64,000 nt of DNA from assembly GCA_050575255.1 (NCBI GenBank), contig JBNZDD010013697.1:6511713-6575712 (forward strand). Direction: 5' to 3'. Source of the DNA: Harriotta raleighana. Lineage: Eukaryota. This document shows positions 25,251-38,689 of this stretch, in pieces. The first letter of the stretch is position 1. Each line of letters begins with the position of its first letter. A model generated the notes under the pieces. That model was not told the DNA's origin. It saw nothing but the letters and a program-made list of their open reading frames with translations, and did not search any database. Position numbers and translations under genes: made by a program.

Positions 25251-27493
25251 ATTTTTCATTAAACTCTCTGAGACAGTAAAATTATAATTCGGGATTTAAA
25301 ATTCAAAATGTTATTATTTCAAGTGCAAAGATTATTTATTTCTACATAAGACCAGAACAAACAATAGACCTAATTTAATTCTGTATGTTATTTGGCAATA
25401 ATCCACCAGCCACTGGGTAATATTAAATATGAGGTAATCTCACTTTTCCCAGGAGAACTCTTGCATAGATCTCCTCGGAAAAGTGACCAGAATAGATAAG
25501 ACAAATATGAAATCCGATATGTAGAGATTTCCTCAAGATCTGTTTTTTTCATCTCACTTCTGCAACGGGTGTTCAAATTGACCAGAAATTAAAATAAGTT
25601 CACAGAACTGAAACCTCTGGACATGTTGGCAAGGTTGTTGGCAAGGTTAGTGAGATACCTCTTGAAGACATGAAAGCACTCTGAAGAGTAATCAAAGCTA
25701 TTCTAGTAGCAATAAAGCTCTTCACATGTTAAGCCATAAAATACATATTCCAGTCACTACCCCATCTGTCTTCAATGCCTAATGATGAATTTCCTCATTG
25801 AGCTATATTAAATAGTGGATAGTGTGAGGTGGTCAGACAGGAAAGCACTATGAAATGTGTCATAAGGTATGCAATTTATTCTCTAGGGCCCATTCCTCTA
25901 ATGGGACTGGAAGTGGGGAGGAATGGGGTTCTCAGTGACTGTGCAGTGAAAATATTTCCAGCTTATTTTCTTTAAAGTATGCAACGCAACATTGCCAAAA
26001 TTTTCAGTGTTAAACTTCTTTAAAACCAACCCCAGTTGTTGTTCAAAGATCCTTGGGGAATATTACTCCAAGAACACTTTCACTAATTTTAAAAGTTTTG
26101 TTCAGAAATGTCAGAAATGAGATGTTGGCTGGAATTTGTTCCTTTCTCTTACAGCCCAGAGGCCAACCCATGTGAAATTCATATTTCACAAGTTTTCTCT
26201 CTACTTTACAAGTTGATTTGGATGTGGGTAATTAATAATAAATTAATAAACTGATACATAAAATTAGTAAATTGTTAAACCAAGGTCCGGTCTACTTATT
26301 CATTAGATCTTAAAGATCACATTGCACTGTTGAAAAAGAAAAGGGAATTTCTTTCTGTGTTCTGGTCAATAATTAATACCCGAGTTAAAACTTGGTTATT
26401 CACTTCACCATTATGTACACAGCATTGCTGTGGGCAAATGGTTTGCTGTGTTCATAAAAAAAAGGCACTGCACTTTATAATAAATCCTATTAAGCACTTT
26501 GAGATGTCCTCCTGATATGAAAAGCACATTCAAGGATTATTACTATTTTTCAGCTCCAGTGAAAGGACCTGTTCTGTTCCTCTAAAACAGAATGGCATGT
26601 ATCAAGGTTTGCAGGCAGATTGATGACCATAATGTCTCCAAACAAATATTGAACTGCATTTTATCAGTGCATTGTTTTTTTTTCAGATTGGCTTGCAAAT
26701 AAATAAACATTAAGCTCAAGTATTTTTGTACAGTACTAGAAGCGGTTATTCAAGATTAAAAAATGGTCACTGCAAGAATGGCTACAGTATTTCTATACTG
26801 TATTTATTTACATAGAAGAGCTTTCCTCCAGCCTTCTGCTCTCATTATAGCTAAGCTCACATATCAAGAACAACTATCTTGTTCCACTATGAACAATATG
26901 CAACATGTCAATGTTGCAGAGAACAAATGCACTTTTTTTTGTCAAATTCAGGAACTCTGGCATCTGTGCTACTTAAGCCATCAGAATGTATTTGTAGCTC
27001 CCACATCATCATGTAGCTGACAGCCTCAAATCAACCAAGTGAAAAGCAACCACTTGGGGCATTAAAGATGTATAGTACAATCTTCTTGTGAAAGTGCTTG
27101 ACTTGAACCCAATGAGGGTCAGTAAACACAACTTTTTCCTGTCAGACAAATATGTTTCACATAGTATGGTACAATGTAATATATTTTAAGCATTTGTAGG
27201 ACCTATTCTCACAGCGATTTCCTCTTGAAACACAAGGGAGGTCTACATAGAACACATGGGTGACATGTTAGAAAGCCTATCAGTTAGCTACTCAAATGCA
27301 GTCACATTTCTAAACAATGTGCTGACAGTACCAGTAATGTAATTCAAAGGTACAAATCAAAGTAAAAAATTACAGTGAAAGTCTTAAAAAGTTGAACTTT
27401 CAAGTTTCAAAAGTGGTAGATTAGATAAAAATATCAAAATAATGTAATCTACTGAGATGTCCTTTGCAATGACCTTAGCTTGACAGTTATTGG

Positions 27494-27628
27494 ATGTAAA
27501 ATTCTGATAACTCAACCCTGGCGTATCACTACTACTTAAGTGATCATGATGCGAATATCACAAACACTTCGGATAGCTCATCACTGAGCTCTTTTCCCTT
27601 GGAATGATAAGTTATCAGGAGTTTACTG
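27494..27628. mobile_element. Small Tigger-like MITE, degraded
   Basis: Imperfect TIR gtaaaattctgataact / agttatcaggagtttac followed by tg-TA. Confidence 0.55.
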
Positions 27629-29769
27629 TATATCCTCAACGTAAAAGTACAACAACATGCATTTTGTAGCATCTTTCACACTATTTGAGTTCTTCCAAAG
27701 ACATACTATATATATGCTTTATATAAAATGTACGACCCAGAGACAATTCATCTTATTTAGATACAGTAGATGCATCTTAAAAACACTTGGTGTGTGGAAA
27801 GTCTAGTCAGACTACAGTAAATGAAATTCAGTATGAGCAACTTTAAAAAAGAATATGTAGAGAACTGTAATCCCATTGCAGGAAACCTCCCGTCTACTGA
27901 AGACTAAACATTGCTTCAGTCACAGACTCACTGGACAGTGTGTGAACAGTAAAGCAGTTATAACACTGGTTGATTTTATAGACTGTCAAGTATTTGTCTC
28001 AGTCTGGGGATGGAACATGCTCGAGTTACACTATAATAACTCTACAAGGTCCTCAGATAATCACAGCATGGTATATTGATCTGGTTCATTAATTTTAGAA
28101 AGCTTTTTACTTGTGGTGGAAAATGCTAATGAAATGTGGTTTTGGTGGAATTCCTAAACTAACTCTCATTCACCCCTAAAAAAGTACCAAGAAAGGCAAT
28201 GTAAAATGCATGCGCTCAAATTTTTTTTGCGCACTTACCTGAAAAGTTAACTACATTAAAGTTATAATGTTATACCCAGCCTTAAAGTTATAACATTTGC
28301 CTACAAAATACATAGGCCCGACATGAGACTTCACAGCTCTAGTTGGTAACTATGTGAGGATTTAAGGCTGGAATTTGATCACCTTGATCACCTGCCATCT
28401 ACAGAACCAATACACAAATTGTTCCAACAAAATACAAAGTGCAACAATTAAAAATGCCCATTGTGTACGTTTTGGCTTTCAGAGGAATTGTTGAATGTAA
28501 CAAGAGCAAGGCCAAATCTGAGTGCCCTTGAGATGTTTTGCAGCACCAGGGTCTATGGTTAGGACGTTTGTGATTTACAAGCCTTTGCTGACGCAGAAAT
28601 TTGGAAATTTGTGTACCTTGCTGTTCCAACTAAACTAGGCTAAACATTTAGCAATGCTTCAATCATGAAATGCTGGGACCTGGGCAGTACGATCTAAATG
28701 AAAAACACCATCTACACAACTTGTTACGAATGATTACTGAAAAAGTTGTGCTGGCAATTACTGAAGAAATTGTACTGCACTAAGGCACCATAAATTTCCC
28801 AAATAATTCAATGACGATCATCCAAAACCCATAACTAAAAGAATACTTGGACAATAAATCTCATTGCTGTCCGTGTGACCTTACTGCTGTAGATTATAAT
28901 ATCTATTTGCTTGCATTTCTTACTCTTTGCAGTCACTTGGTTTCAAGCAACTCACTGTGTGAAGCACTTTAGACAACTATTTACTTTGGTCGGGTCTGAT
29001 GAAAGCAGAAACTCATATCACCATGCTTAACAGTATCCAAACCAGAATCATACTGAGAGTTCCACATATGCACTTGCTCATCTATGTATCGAAATCTCCC
29101 TAAGTTTGGTTTGCAATGTGCACACTCTCGATGGAGGGACCTACCCTACTTACCATTTCTGAAGAGTATTGAGTGCAAGGTTCTTGAGAGGGTTCTTGAC
29201 AAGGTTTAGAGAACCCAGAATGGTTTTAAAGAAAAAAATACTGTACAAATTATATGGCAGTACCATAAATACAGTCAACCATATATTCAGAGGGAATGTT
29301 TTTTTCTGGCTAAAGCTATATTTTCAAATTTAGCTCCTGTCATTGTAAATGATTCTGTTCTGAAACATGTCTGATGATTTAAAATCATTCCTATGCATCA
29401 GCTTCACCTTTAATCTTTCCAGGGCTATCTGTAAGAGTTTACTTTAAGATAATATTAGAACAAGTTGTTTATTTGCACACTTTGTAGACCTCATATCCTT
29501 TCCTTGACCCCAGACCTTTTCTTTTGGTACTTTAAAAATATGTTGCAATTGAAACCCGCTGACAGGTTTTGAACGTCCATATAAATACTTTGATGCTTTT
29601 AGTGTTTTATGTTTTGATTTTAATATTTCCTTTAGAAATATTACCATCTCCATCTCACAAATTAACTTTCCAGCAATTTCCACCTGTATATCATGTATAC
29701 AAATGCTTTGAGATTGCCAACCTTTTAGGTTAGGTTTAACAAAAAAAGATGATCTCCCTCTCACCTTCA

Positions 29770-29925
29770 AACCTATCTAATTTACCACTCTTTTGGCCAC
29801 CTTTCCCCTGCCTTCTTCAACTGATGTTCCTCTGCTCAGTCTCACAATCAGTCAGCTCTGTGAAACACTTTGAGACATCCTCTCAATGTGAAAGGCGCCA
29901 CATGAATGTAAATTGTTGTTGTTGA
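29770..29925 (+). mobile_element. L2 3' end, old
   Basis: ttcaaacc..tttgagacatcctctcaatgtgaaaggcgcca..tgtaaattgttgttgtt. Confidence 0.6.
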
Positions 29926-32484
29926 CGTTGCCAACATCCATTTAAGTGTGACTGCTTTGAGAATCAGAGGCAAACAGAGAAGAGGTCACACAAGTTGATA
30001 CGAGTGAGCTAAGCAAACACCCCATGTTTGAGCGTAAAGAAGAGATTATGGCATTTCAATGTAATTTCAATAGAAGCAAACTGTGATGTTTATAACATAA
30101 TGAAGATACAGGGAAGAATGTATGGAGCAACTCACTTCAATCTTTGGAAGAAAAAGTGAGGAAAGTTTTGAGAAGTGACCATATTTAACAATGATGTCCG
30201 AGATGGGAATGGTTGGGGAATGAATGAGAAAGATGGAGGAGAAAGATCAGCTGTTGTATGTTGTACACTTTAAAAAATTGTCATGAACACTCGACAGGAT
30301 CTTTATAACAGATAACAAAGTAGCAGAAGAAGATTTTCTTTCGTGGCTTTCTTTCACTGGCAATGTTTCACTTTATGCAACAGCCAATTAATCCCTTTTG
30401 AATGGATCCAATTTTCTAAATCCAACAATGCACTTGTACATTTCAAGTTGGGACAATAATTTGTTATTTGAGCACAAGGTTTACAGCAAATAGATGTTGA
30501 AATGCATTGAATTAATTGGCTTGCAATACTGTGCAACAAGATAGCACGTTTTAATATTTTTTTGTTCATAATATCTTTTTTGTTATGCTAAACCAGGTGT
30601 CTTGCATGCTAGTACATTGTTCTGCATTAATATTTAATATCAAATGAAAGGATTATTATTATATTAATCCAAATACTGTTAAAAAAAACAGTAGGAAATT
30701 CTTGACATGCTGTGTCTGTCAAGGTTTGGTTGATTAATAGTTTCTTTACATTGCACATTTCACTGATGTGGAAAGCTGTCTCGTTGCACAGTATGTCAAG
30801 CCAATTCAAAACATACATCCCCAAAACAAACAGCGATCACATTTTAATAATGTTTCTGTTCTACATTTAAAACATTTGAAGCTAGGTATTTGCCATTGAA
30901 GACCAACTCTCTACTCTTACCAATTGTACAAATGAAAATATTTAAGCTTCCAGCACCATATACAGAGTCAAGTTAGTGTATTAAAATGGAAGTCCATTCC
31001 CGAGTTCTTCTGTCTTCCATCTTTCCCCCAGATTTTAAGTACATCTTATGATTTTACTTGTTGACTTGGTCATCTTTCCAACACCCTCACCACTCTTTTC
31101 ACCTCTTCTACCCTTCCCCTCTCCAATGAACTCGGGTGCTCAGCCAGCTGTGCAAAGCACTTTGAGACATCTTCCCTGTTTGTGAAAGGTGAATCACTGC
31201 AGATGTCAACATCTATGGAACATTACACCATGATGATTGACTGCCTTCAAAAGAGAAAACAGAGGCCGCATATATGAGTACAGCAGGAGTAAGTAAATAT
31301 TTGCACATTAACTTTTAAGTATTAAAATTGCATTAGTGCTGCTAGGAGAACAAGCATATTCATAATGTCTACTTTTATAAAAGCTATTAGATATTGCACT
31401 GAGAATGATATGGTCTATAACACTTCAGAGCAGAAGGAATTTAGAAGTCTGTTACCCTCTTCGGTTAAAGTTGCCTCGATACCTAATCATAGAGGAAAGA
31501 GCTGGGCTATTTCCAAAAGCAACAAATAATATAACAATTCTTCCATTCGACAGAGTAACTTAACATATTGCTGAGACATCTCAAATGCATCACAGAATAT
31601 ATTTCAACGTGTATTGGCGATGTATTTTTGTGAGCGGAAATAAAGCTAAATTAAAACATCAAAACACCAAAGTTTTTTATCTGAACATATCATTCAATCT
31701 CAATGAATGAAACCTTGGGCCCCAATCTTGACCAATTCTCTCCGGTTTACAAAACTAGTCTTGGCTTGGAGAAATATTGTGTTAACATAGCGGATTCAGG
31801 TCTTTGTTTTTTTTAAGTTGTAAAAATAATGGCCTTCTGGGTTGAATGTGGAAACACTTGCAGTCTTTAAGCATGTCAAAACATCTCGTTTCACACGTAA
31901 TATTTGTTTTTGTCAGGATTTCCATGAGCAAGATTTGAAAATTGAAATGTCTCGTCCATGATACCATTGTTATATATTTTAACAACATAAGTGGTAATTA
32001 AGTATGGTGTGTTGCATATTAGATTCAACAAATAAGTGGCAAGTATATAAGGATTCTGGGAAGAATGACTTGAGAGTGTTGGAGAGAGAGTGAAAGAGGG
32101 GATTGTAAAGAAGTTAGATAGTAAAGTTGCAATAAAGGTTGGATTGAATCTATATTGCGTTTTGTGGATTAAAGAACATTGCAATCATCTCATGCAACAG
32201 ATCACAAGAGAAGCTTAGATAAAGAAGGCCATGTAGCTCAATTGATCTCATGCTTCTAGAATAAATGCTGTCTTAAGTCGGAATCACTATTTAGATCCCC
32301 AAATAACCTTGGACAACCACTCCATCAGAAAACTGGTTGTTAGTCATTGCTTTTCCAGGGGGTATGGATGTGATAAAGCGCTATACCAAATTATTATTAT
32401 TAGATTTAAGGGACTGACACAACCATCATAGTATAATTGAACAGGCTTGACTTGTTTTTCCATTCGTATTCGTGCAGAGATATA

Positions 32485-32578
32485 CAGCCAATTCACTTTA
32501 CGGTATATTCTGTGAAACGCTTTGAGACATCTAGAAGACATGAAATGCGCTATATCAAATGTAAGGATTATTATTATT
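32485..32578 (+). mobile_element. SINE 3' tail
   Basis: ttcactttacggtatattctgtgaaacgctttgagacatctagaagacatgaaatgcgctatatcaaatg(att)n. Confidence 0.8.
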
Positions 32579-33639
32579 TTATATTGTCCTGATTTCACAC
32601 CAATGAGGAGGTAACAAGAAAGAACATGTAGGTCAGCATATCTGACAAGGATCTAGAAGCGTCTCCGCGGATATGAAGCTGTGTTCAAGTTTTAGATCAA
32701 CCTGAACTCTCTTGAGAGAAAATAAATATTTTGCAAAGAAGAGCAAGGAGGGATTCTTGGAGACTGCTTTGGCAAAGCAACATTTCCGCGCATTCCATTT
32801 AAGATCAGAGGGGATAGAAAGGCTAAGAATGTCAGCAGATAATGGGGATTAATCGTGGAGCCTGTGAGAGTTTAAGATATCTTGGATAGACATAAGAGAC
32901 TGAGAAAAGTTGAAGAAATTAGGCTACAAATTCTTTTTTTACTTCCCCTACAAAGAGTAGAGAAGAGATTAAAGTTCAGTGATTTATTCACTGCGTTTTC
33001 ACAAACAAAATGCTGTGCACTTACAGTTTGTAAACTGAAGTAGATGACCATGAGTTGGAATCAGTAAGAGTGGATTGAAAAATGGAACAGAGTATTGTAA
33101 GCAAGTGAGAGAGCAGAGCCCTGGGAACTGATGGAAAGAATCAAAGGGCAAACTAAAACACACAGAGACATTTGGAAGGAACCAGAGATCACTTAGGAAT
33201 ATAACTTTTGGGCACCTTATTGTGTTATAATTTTGAAATGAAAGTACTGGATCATGAAGTAAATTTGAGCAACACTACTTACATTTCTCAAACTAGTACA
33301 GTGGGAATAACATTCTGTTTTTAAAAGAGGGACACTGTAAATTCCTGTTGCAACCTTGAAAATCACAGCAAATCCTCATGATGTACTTCATTAAGTTCTG
33401 GTTTCATCTATCATTCAGTCTAGCTGTAGGCAATAGTAAGAGAGTTCCCATTACATAATGCTGGAGGATGTGACTTTTTGACATAATAAAGTTGTGGTTA
33501 ACTTCCAGATAAAAGTTTCCTCTTGCTGGTTTAAGTACAAATCCAGCAACATCAGAAAGGAAATAGAGTATCACTCTCACATCTGTTCAGATCTTTGATA
33601 AAGAGAGAAAAATGTCAGCAGTGTTTTTTTAACCTGCGG

Positions 33640-33980
33640 CACTTTTTTTCCTCAAAAAGACAACTACCATTTATCATTCTGCACAAGGAGAGTGAGAATG
33701 CTTGAATGCTTTCCACATACTGGATAACTTTTGAAAACTCTTAATTAGTTTTAAAGAAAAGCTCTCAAAATTCAATGACACTCAGTGGTGGTTAGATTTT
33801 TAGAACATTTATCATCTCTATGTAGAAGATTACAGCACAGAAATGGGCCATTTGGCCAAACTAGTCCGATCTTGTGTTTATACTCTACATGAGATTTCAT
33901 CCTTCCCAATGCAGGGTAGTTAATCTAGAACGATGAGCTCAAACTAGCCAAAGGGTCTTCTTCACTCAAACCAATCTTGA
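33640..33980 (+). mobile_element. Old CR1 3' fragment(s)
   Basis: Degraded RV..WN.LP-like segment and a gatgagctcaaactagccaaagggtcttcttc tail-like motif. Confidence 0.35.
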
Positions 33981-34877
33981 AATCTCATAATCCCCTCATC
34001 CATATTCCTCTATCTACTTCTTCATCATTTGGGGGGCCACAGGAGGATTTAGGATTGGAATGATGATGAGACTGATCTGAAGAGCTCACCATAGATAGTC
34101 CCACCACAGTGGGAACAATAAATTGTTCAACTAAAATGATGTAACTAAGATCGCTTAAGATTCCAATATCAGAGGATTGCTTTTAAGATCCTACTCTGTT
34201 CTCCAAATATCTCATGGTCTTGGCCTAGATGATTTTGACATTTGTCACCTCAAATTACAGTATATGCTGTGCAGTGCTTGGAAATGTTGTGTAGTGCTTT
34301 GCTTTAAAAGTGTGCGCTCTACTGACCCCATGTCTGGAAGCCACTAGTCCTTGTCAAATATTAATGAGAGTTAAATATTAACAAAGTTACGTAACATGTT
34401 AAATACATTACTGAACTTTTGACCTGCACAAAGAATTGGTCCTCTCAATCATGTTGTCTAAAATGACTGAATGATTAACTGGGACTTTCCTGTTCTGCAA
34501 ACAAAAATCACCATCTGCAGTACTACAGTATTCACAAAATACCATCATTAGTGGCAAATATTTAATATGTAACATGATGGCCAACCAACGGCAGCCTCGG
34601 TGCAGGGTATTGAGGGTTGCATATGTTAAAGTAGCTGAAGCGTCTAGAAAGGCAACTTGTACGTGATTATTGTCTTATTAAATTGAAACAGGTTGTAGTT
34701 CATTACAGTTCAGTATGGTGATGGTTTGGAAGCTAAACATGTATGTAAGCAATGTCCTACACCCAGCTAATAAGTCTGGAGAATTATTGGCCAAGACACT
34801 GGGAAACATTGCCTGCTTTTTTTCAAATGGAATGGGATTATTAGCTTCAACCTGAATTCCATCAGTGAACTCCATGA

Positions 34878-35256
34878 GTGAACTCCCTTACCAACCTGCC
34901 CGCCCCCTCCGTTCAGCATACTCTGGCCTGCTCCACGTCCCCCGACCCACCCGCCCAACCGTTGGAGGGTAGGTCGTGGGACGTGGAGCAGGCCAACCAT
35001 TGGCGGGCAAACCTTCAACCACTCTAATCCCAACCTCTGGAATTCCATCCCCAAATCCCTCCACCTCGCCCCTTCCCTAGCCTCCTTCAAGCCTCATTTC
35101 AAGTCTCTCCTCTTCGATGGACCCATCGGCAACTCCTTCCCCCCTCCCCGCCACCTTTTCCTCAGCTCAGTTCTGAATCAGTGACTGTCCAACGCCTCGG
35201 GACATCCTCCTGATGTGAAATGCACTATACAAATGTAATTTTGTTGTTGTTGTTGT
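34878..35256 (+). mobile_element. L2 3' end containing a fold-back inversion
   Basis: cccccctccgttcag..ctctggaattccatcccc..tccttcaag plus class A tail; inverted repeat at 34925-34994. Confidence 0.85.
34925..34994. repeat. 70-nt near-perfect hairpin (28-bp arms)
   Basis: ggcctgctccacgtcccccgacccaccc (34925-34952) versus gggtaggtcgtgggacgtggagcaggcc (34967-34994), 2 differences; the spacer contains ccaac-c-gttgg. Confidence 0.9.
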
Positions 35257-35279
35257 CCATTTGATCCCGATTCTAGTAC

Positions 35280-35880
35280 AGTACTTGAGTTTGTAATCCA
35301 GACTGACATTCCAGTGCAGTGGGTGAGACAGCTGCATTGTTAGAAGTGCCATTCCTTAGATTAGATGTTACAGTCTATCAATGTTCTGTCTGGCTATCCT
35401 GAAGGTACAGATGGACATTAAATAATAATAATAATAATCCTTGCATTTGATATAACGCTTTTCACTGGTTTACGCTATAACATCATAACCACAGAAACAG
35501 AGGATATAGGTTTAAAATTAAAATTAACAGGCTCAGACAAGACCAAGCACTATGAAACAGTGAGACGTCTTTTAGATGTCTCAAAGCACTTCACAGAATA
35601 TACTGTAAAGTGAATTGACTGTTTATTTGTGGGCGAAACGCAGGATTAAAGATCCCATAACACCGTTTTGAAGAGAAGCAAGAATCCTCCTAGGAACCTG
35701 GCCAATATTCACTCCCCCTCCAAATTCACCAAAAAAAGTTGCATTGTAGTTATTCTTCTCATTGTTTGTTGTGGCATTCTGCTGATGCCTAAATCACTGC
35801 AGCATTTTTGCTCATTATGGGAAGTGTTTTGAGACAGTTCAATGTTATAACTTATAAAGTGCCATGATGAAAGCAAGTAT
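35280..35880 (+). mobile_element. Old Deu-domain SINE split by a younger antisense SINE tail (~35421-35643)
   Basis: ctgacattccagtgcagt..ggacattaaa | insert | attaaagatccc..ctggccaatatt; probable TSD attaaa. Confidence 0.7.
35466..35543. repeat. Inverted copy of 36037-36108 inserted in a SINE tail
   Basis: 72-bp inverted match with 3 substitutions and one 6-bp duplication (aaatta). Confidence 0.9.
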
Positions 35881-35919
35881 CATTGTCCAGATCTATCCCT
35901 AGACCAATACCAATGCCAA

Positions 35920-36110
35920 CCAGAGGCTTTCTCCAGTTTGTATTTGAGTTAATCGTCCCAAGGCGAGCTGCTTTTACTGGGAATTGGTTGCACTAATCTC
36001 CTACTCCACAAAAACAAACAAATATTCTAATCTCCAGTCTTGTCTGAGCCTGTTAATTTTAAACCTATGTCCTCTGTTTCTGTGGTTATGGTGTTATGGC
36101 GTAAACCAAA
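35920..36110 (-). mobile_element. Old CR1 ORF2 C-terminal fragment
   Basis: Reverse strand agaaacagaggacataggtttaaa encodes RNRGHRFK, like the CR1 TRGH..K motif. Confidence 0.55.
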
Positions 36111-37069
36111 TCCCATGAACTGTTTACGATAGACAGACACTCCTCTCAGCATTCTGAAGTCATGCGTTGTCTTCTTCACCCACCTGGATCATTTTATCCC
36201 TTCCGTAATGAAACATCAGTTTAAGTGAGGCTCTCCTCATAACTCTGAGCCTCAAAAAATAGATTGCTATCAGAAGACAATCAAGTGATTGTGTTCAATA
36301 AGTGTTACAATAAGTGTTACAATACGTTGGCAGTCCAAACACTGATGCCCTGACATTTTGTGCCATGGAGTTATAGAAACTGCCTCATTCCATCTATTGA
36401 GATTCGAATCGCTATTGTCCCCTTAAAGACCATTGAGAGGGAGTTAAAGAGTATTTCTGTTGAAGAAGGGGGTGGGAAAGTGGCAAGAGAGTAAAATAGA
36501 TGTAAAGCCAACTTCAAGCTGCTCGCACTCTCCTCCGAGTGAACAAGGATGACAGTGAGGGTGTGTGTCTGTGTGGACAGAGGAAACTGAAAATAATTGC
36601 AGAGAGAGAAAATGATGAGTGTGGCAGTGGTGCAAAATGTGCTTCGGAGTTTCCAAACATTATTTACTAATTCCTGACACTTTGGTTACGCCTCATGTGG
36701 AAAGAGCTAATGCACTTGGAATGTACAATGGGCTTGGATGACAAATTTCAATCACATCACAGGATACAAAGTTAGATCCATGGTGGTTTGTGCCTTAATG
36801 GCCAAGATGTATCAATACAGCTTTGTAATGAAAGAAATTCTAAGGAGCAAATTTTCATCCATTGAGAATTTTATCAAACTTAGCAATTTATTCAAACAGT
36901 TTATGAGACTCTCATTATAAGCGCCCAATAAAATTCTCCACACGAGAAAATGACATCCGTAAGATTACTTTAAGTTGCAAAATCCACAGTGTTTAGCAGC
37001 ATCAAGATTGAAAATAATAGGAGAGATCTAATTACCATGATAACATCTATACCCTGCTGGATACAATAG

Positions 37070-37445
37070 ATGGTAGCTCTTGGTGGTTAGAGCACTCGCC
37101 TTGCAAGCGAGAGGAGCTGGGTTTGATTCCCAGACAGGGCGAAACCTTAGGCAAGTGTCCTTACTCCCCACGCCTCTGTTTATCTAGCACAAAGTAAGAA
37201 CTCAGTTGTTAGTAGATTGGCGGATCGCTTTTCTGGGGGGCAATAATCCCTTCAAAAAAAATTATAAATAATAATTTGATAACTCAATCCACAACAGTTT
37301 GTGGGACACTATGTGTGCAATTGACTCCCGCGTTTCGCCCATAAACTATACAATCAATTCACTTTCAAGTATGTTCTGTGAAATACTTTGAGACGACCGA
37401 AAAAATGGTAAGCTGCTGTATCAAATGCAAAGATTATTATTATTT
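37070..37445 (+). mobile_element. tRNA-headed SINE, full length (long subfamily)
   Basis: Anticodon stem-loop ctcgc-cttgcaa-gcgag (TGC, Ala-like); extra ~60-bp middle cctctgtttatctagc..gattggcggatcgc; Deu-like core; (att)n tail. Confidence 0.85.
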
Positions 37446-38689
37446 TATCATTTGGATTCTAGATGTGCATTTTATTTTAAACCTCATCAATTTGCTTGAT
37501 CAGATTGCTACAATGCTCTGCACAAGCACTTTCAGGTCCTGAACACAGTCACTGTTTCATGAAATTTTTAGATCTCAGCTCTTTTTTGTTGTGAATGAAA
37601 GCACACACAAAATAAATCAGCCTCTCTCTACTTTGGATTTGTGTGCTCAATGCAAGTCCAAATATAGGCAAGGAAGATGAACAGGAAAAACTATTTTCTG
37701 AACTAAAACACTGCCAGCAGAAGTTTGTGGAGTTTAAGTAAACTTTTGAGTATCAGATAAGCACATCATTATTGCGCCGTAGGATTTCCTGAATAGCTTG
37801 GAACAGCAGAGAATGCAGTTATTCATGGCTGTGGACAACGAGAAGCTGTGTGTCGATGGAGTGAGTGTGCAGCCAGACATTTAACGTATTAGCGATGTTC
37901 CTAGCAGTGCTTCTTAGTCAGGAAAAAAAGCGATTGTGCCTGGAAATCCACATGTTTTACAGATCACTCAGAGGAAGTCAAATTAATGTGACGCAGTCCT
38001 GCTGTACTGCATTCTTAAAGGACTCACATTAAATCCCTAGCAACTCTGTAGTTGCAAAGTGAAGATTAAACCAGCTGGAAATTTTATACTTTGAGAATCA
38101 AAGTATTGTCAGCTAAAATGTAAGAGCTGGATTATGTGCTGAACCCTACTGGTTAATGTCTTAAATTCACAATGTGATTATTGCAATAAATCATTAAAAG
38201 AATGAACATGTGTTTTGTTTGAGTTGAGAATGTAATTAGCATTATTTGAATATTTTGAATTGCTTTGAATCAATCCATCCGAATTACAGAAATGTTAAGA
38301 CAGTAAAATGGCTTGGTCGAACCTTATAATACCTTAATATGGACATGAGCAAGAAAAGTATTGCTTCTCTGCCATCAGACAAAAAATAGCTTGGGAACTG
38401 GAGGACACTGTTTGGATAATTAAAATTGCTGACGGATTCTGTTTAATCTAAGAATTTTCTGAGTAACCACACCACTGATCAAAATGGCCTAGATTACCTT
38501 AGGCACCCATTTACTGGATCACAGGTTATAGATCATTGCTTCGATTATTTGCAGGTTTCAACTATTCCTTCAACAGAATACACAAGCTATCATGTAAACA
38601 CAGTTGGGGAATACATATGTGGAATCCTCTATGTGGAAGTGCTTGATCTTAGTTCGTGGATTGAAGTGTCTCATTTATTATTATTTTCA

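Noticed and set aside
30000-30320. Purine-rich stretch that might be an old RTE-type LINE
   Set aside because: No motif could be read with confidence.
25625-36325. 12-bp tandem duplications (gttggcaaggtt at ~25625; caataagtgtta at ~36296)
   Set aside because: Ordinary slippage products with no further structure.
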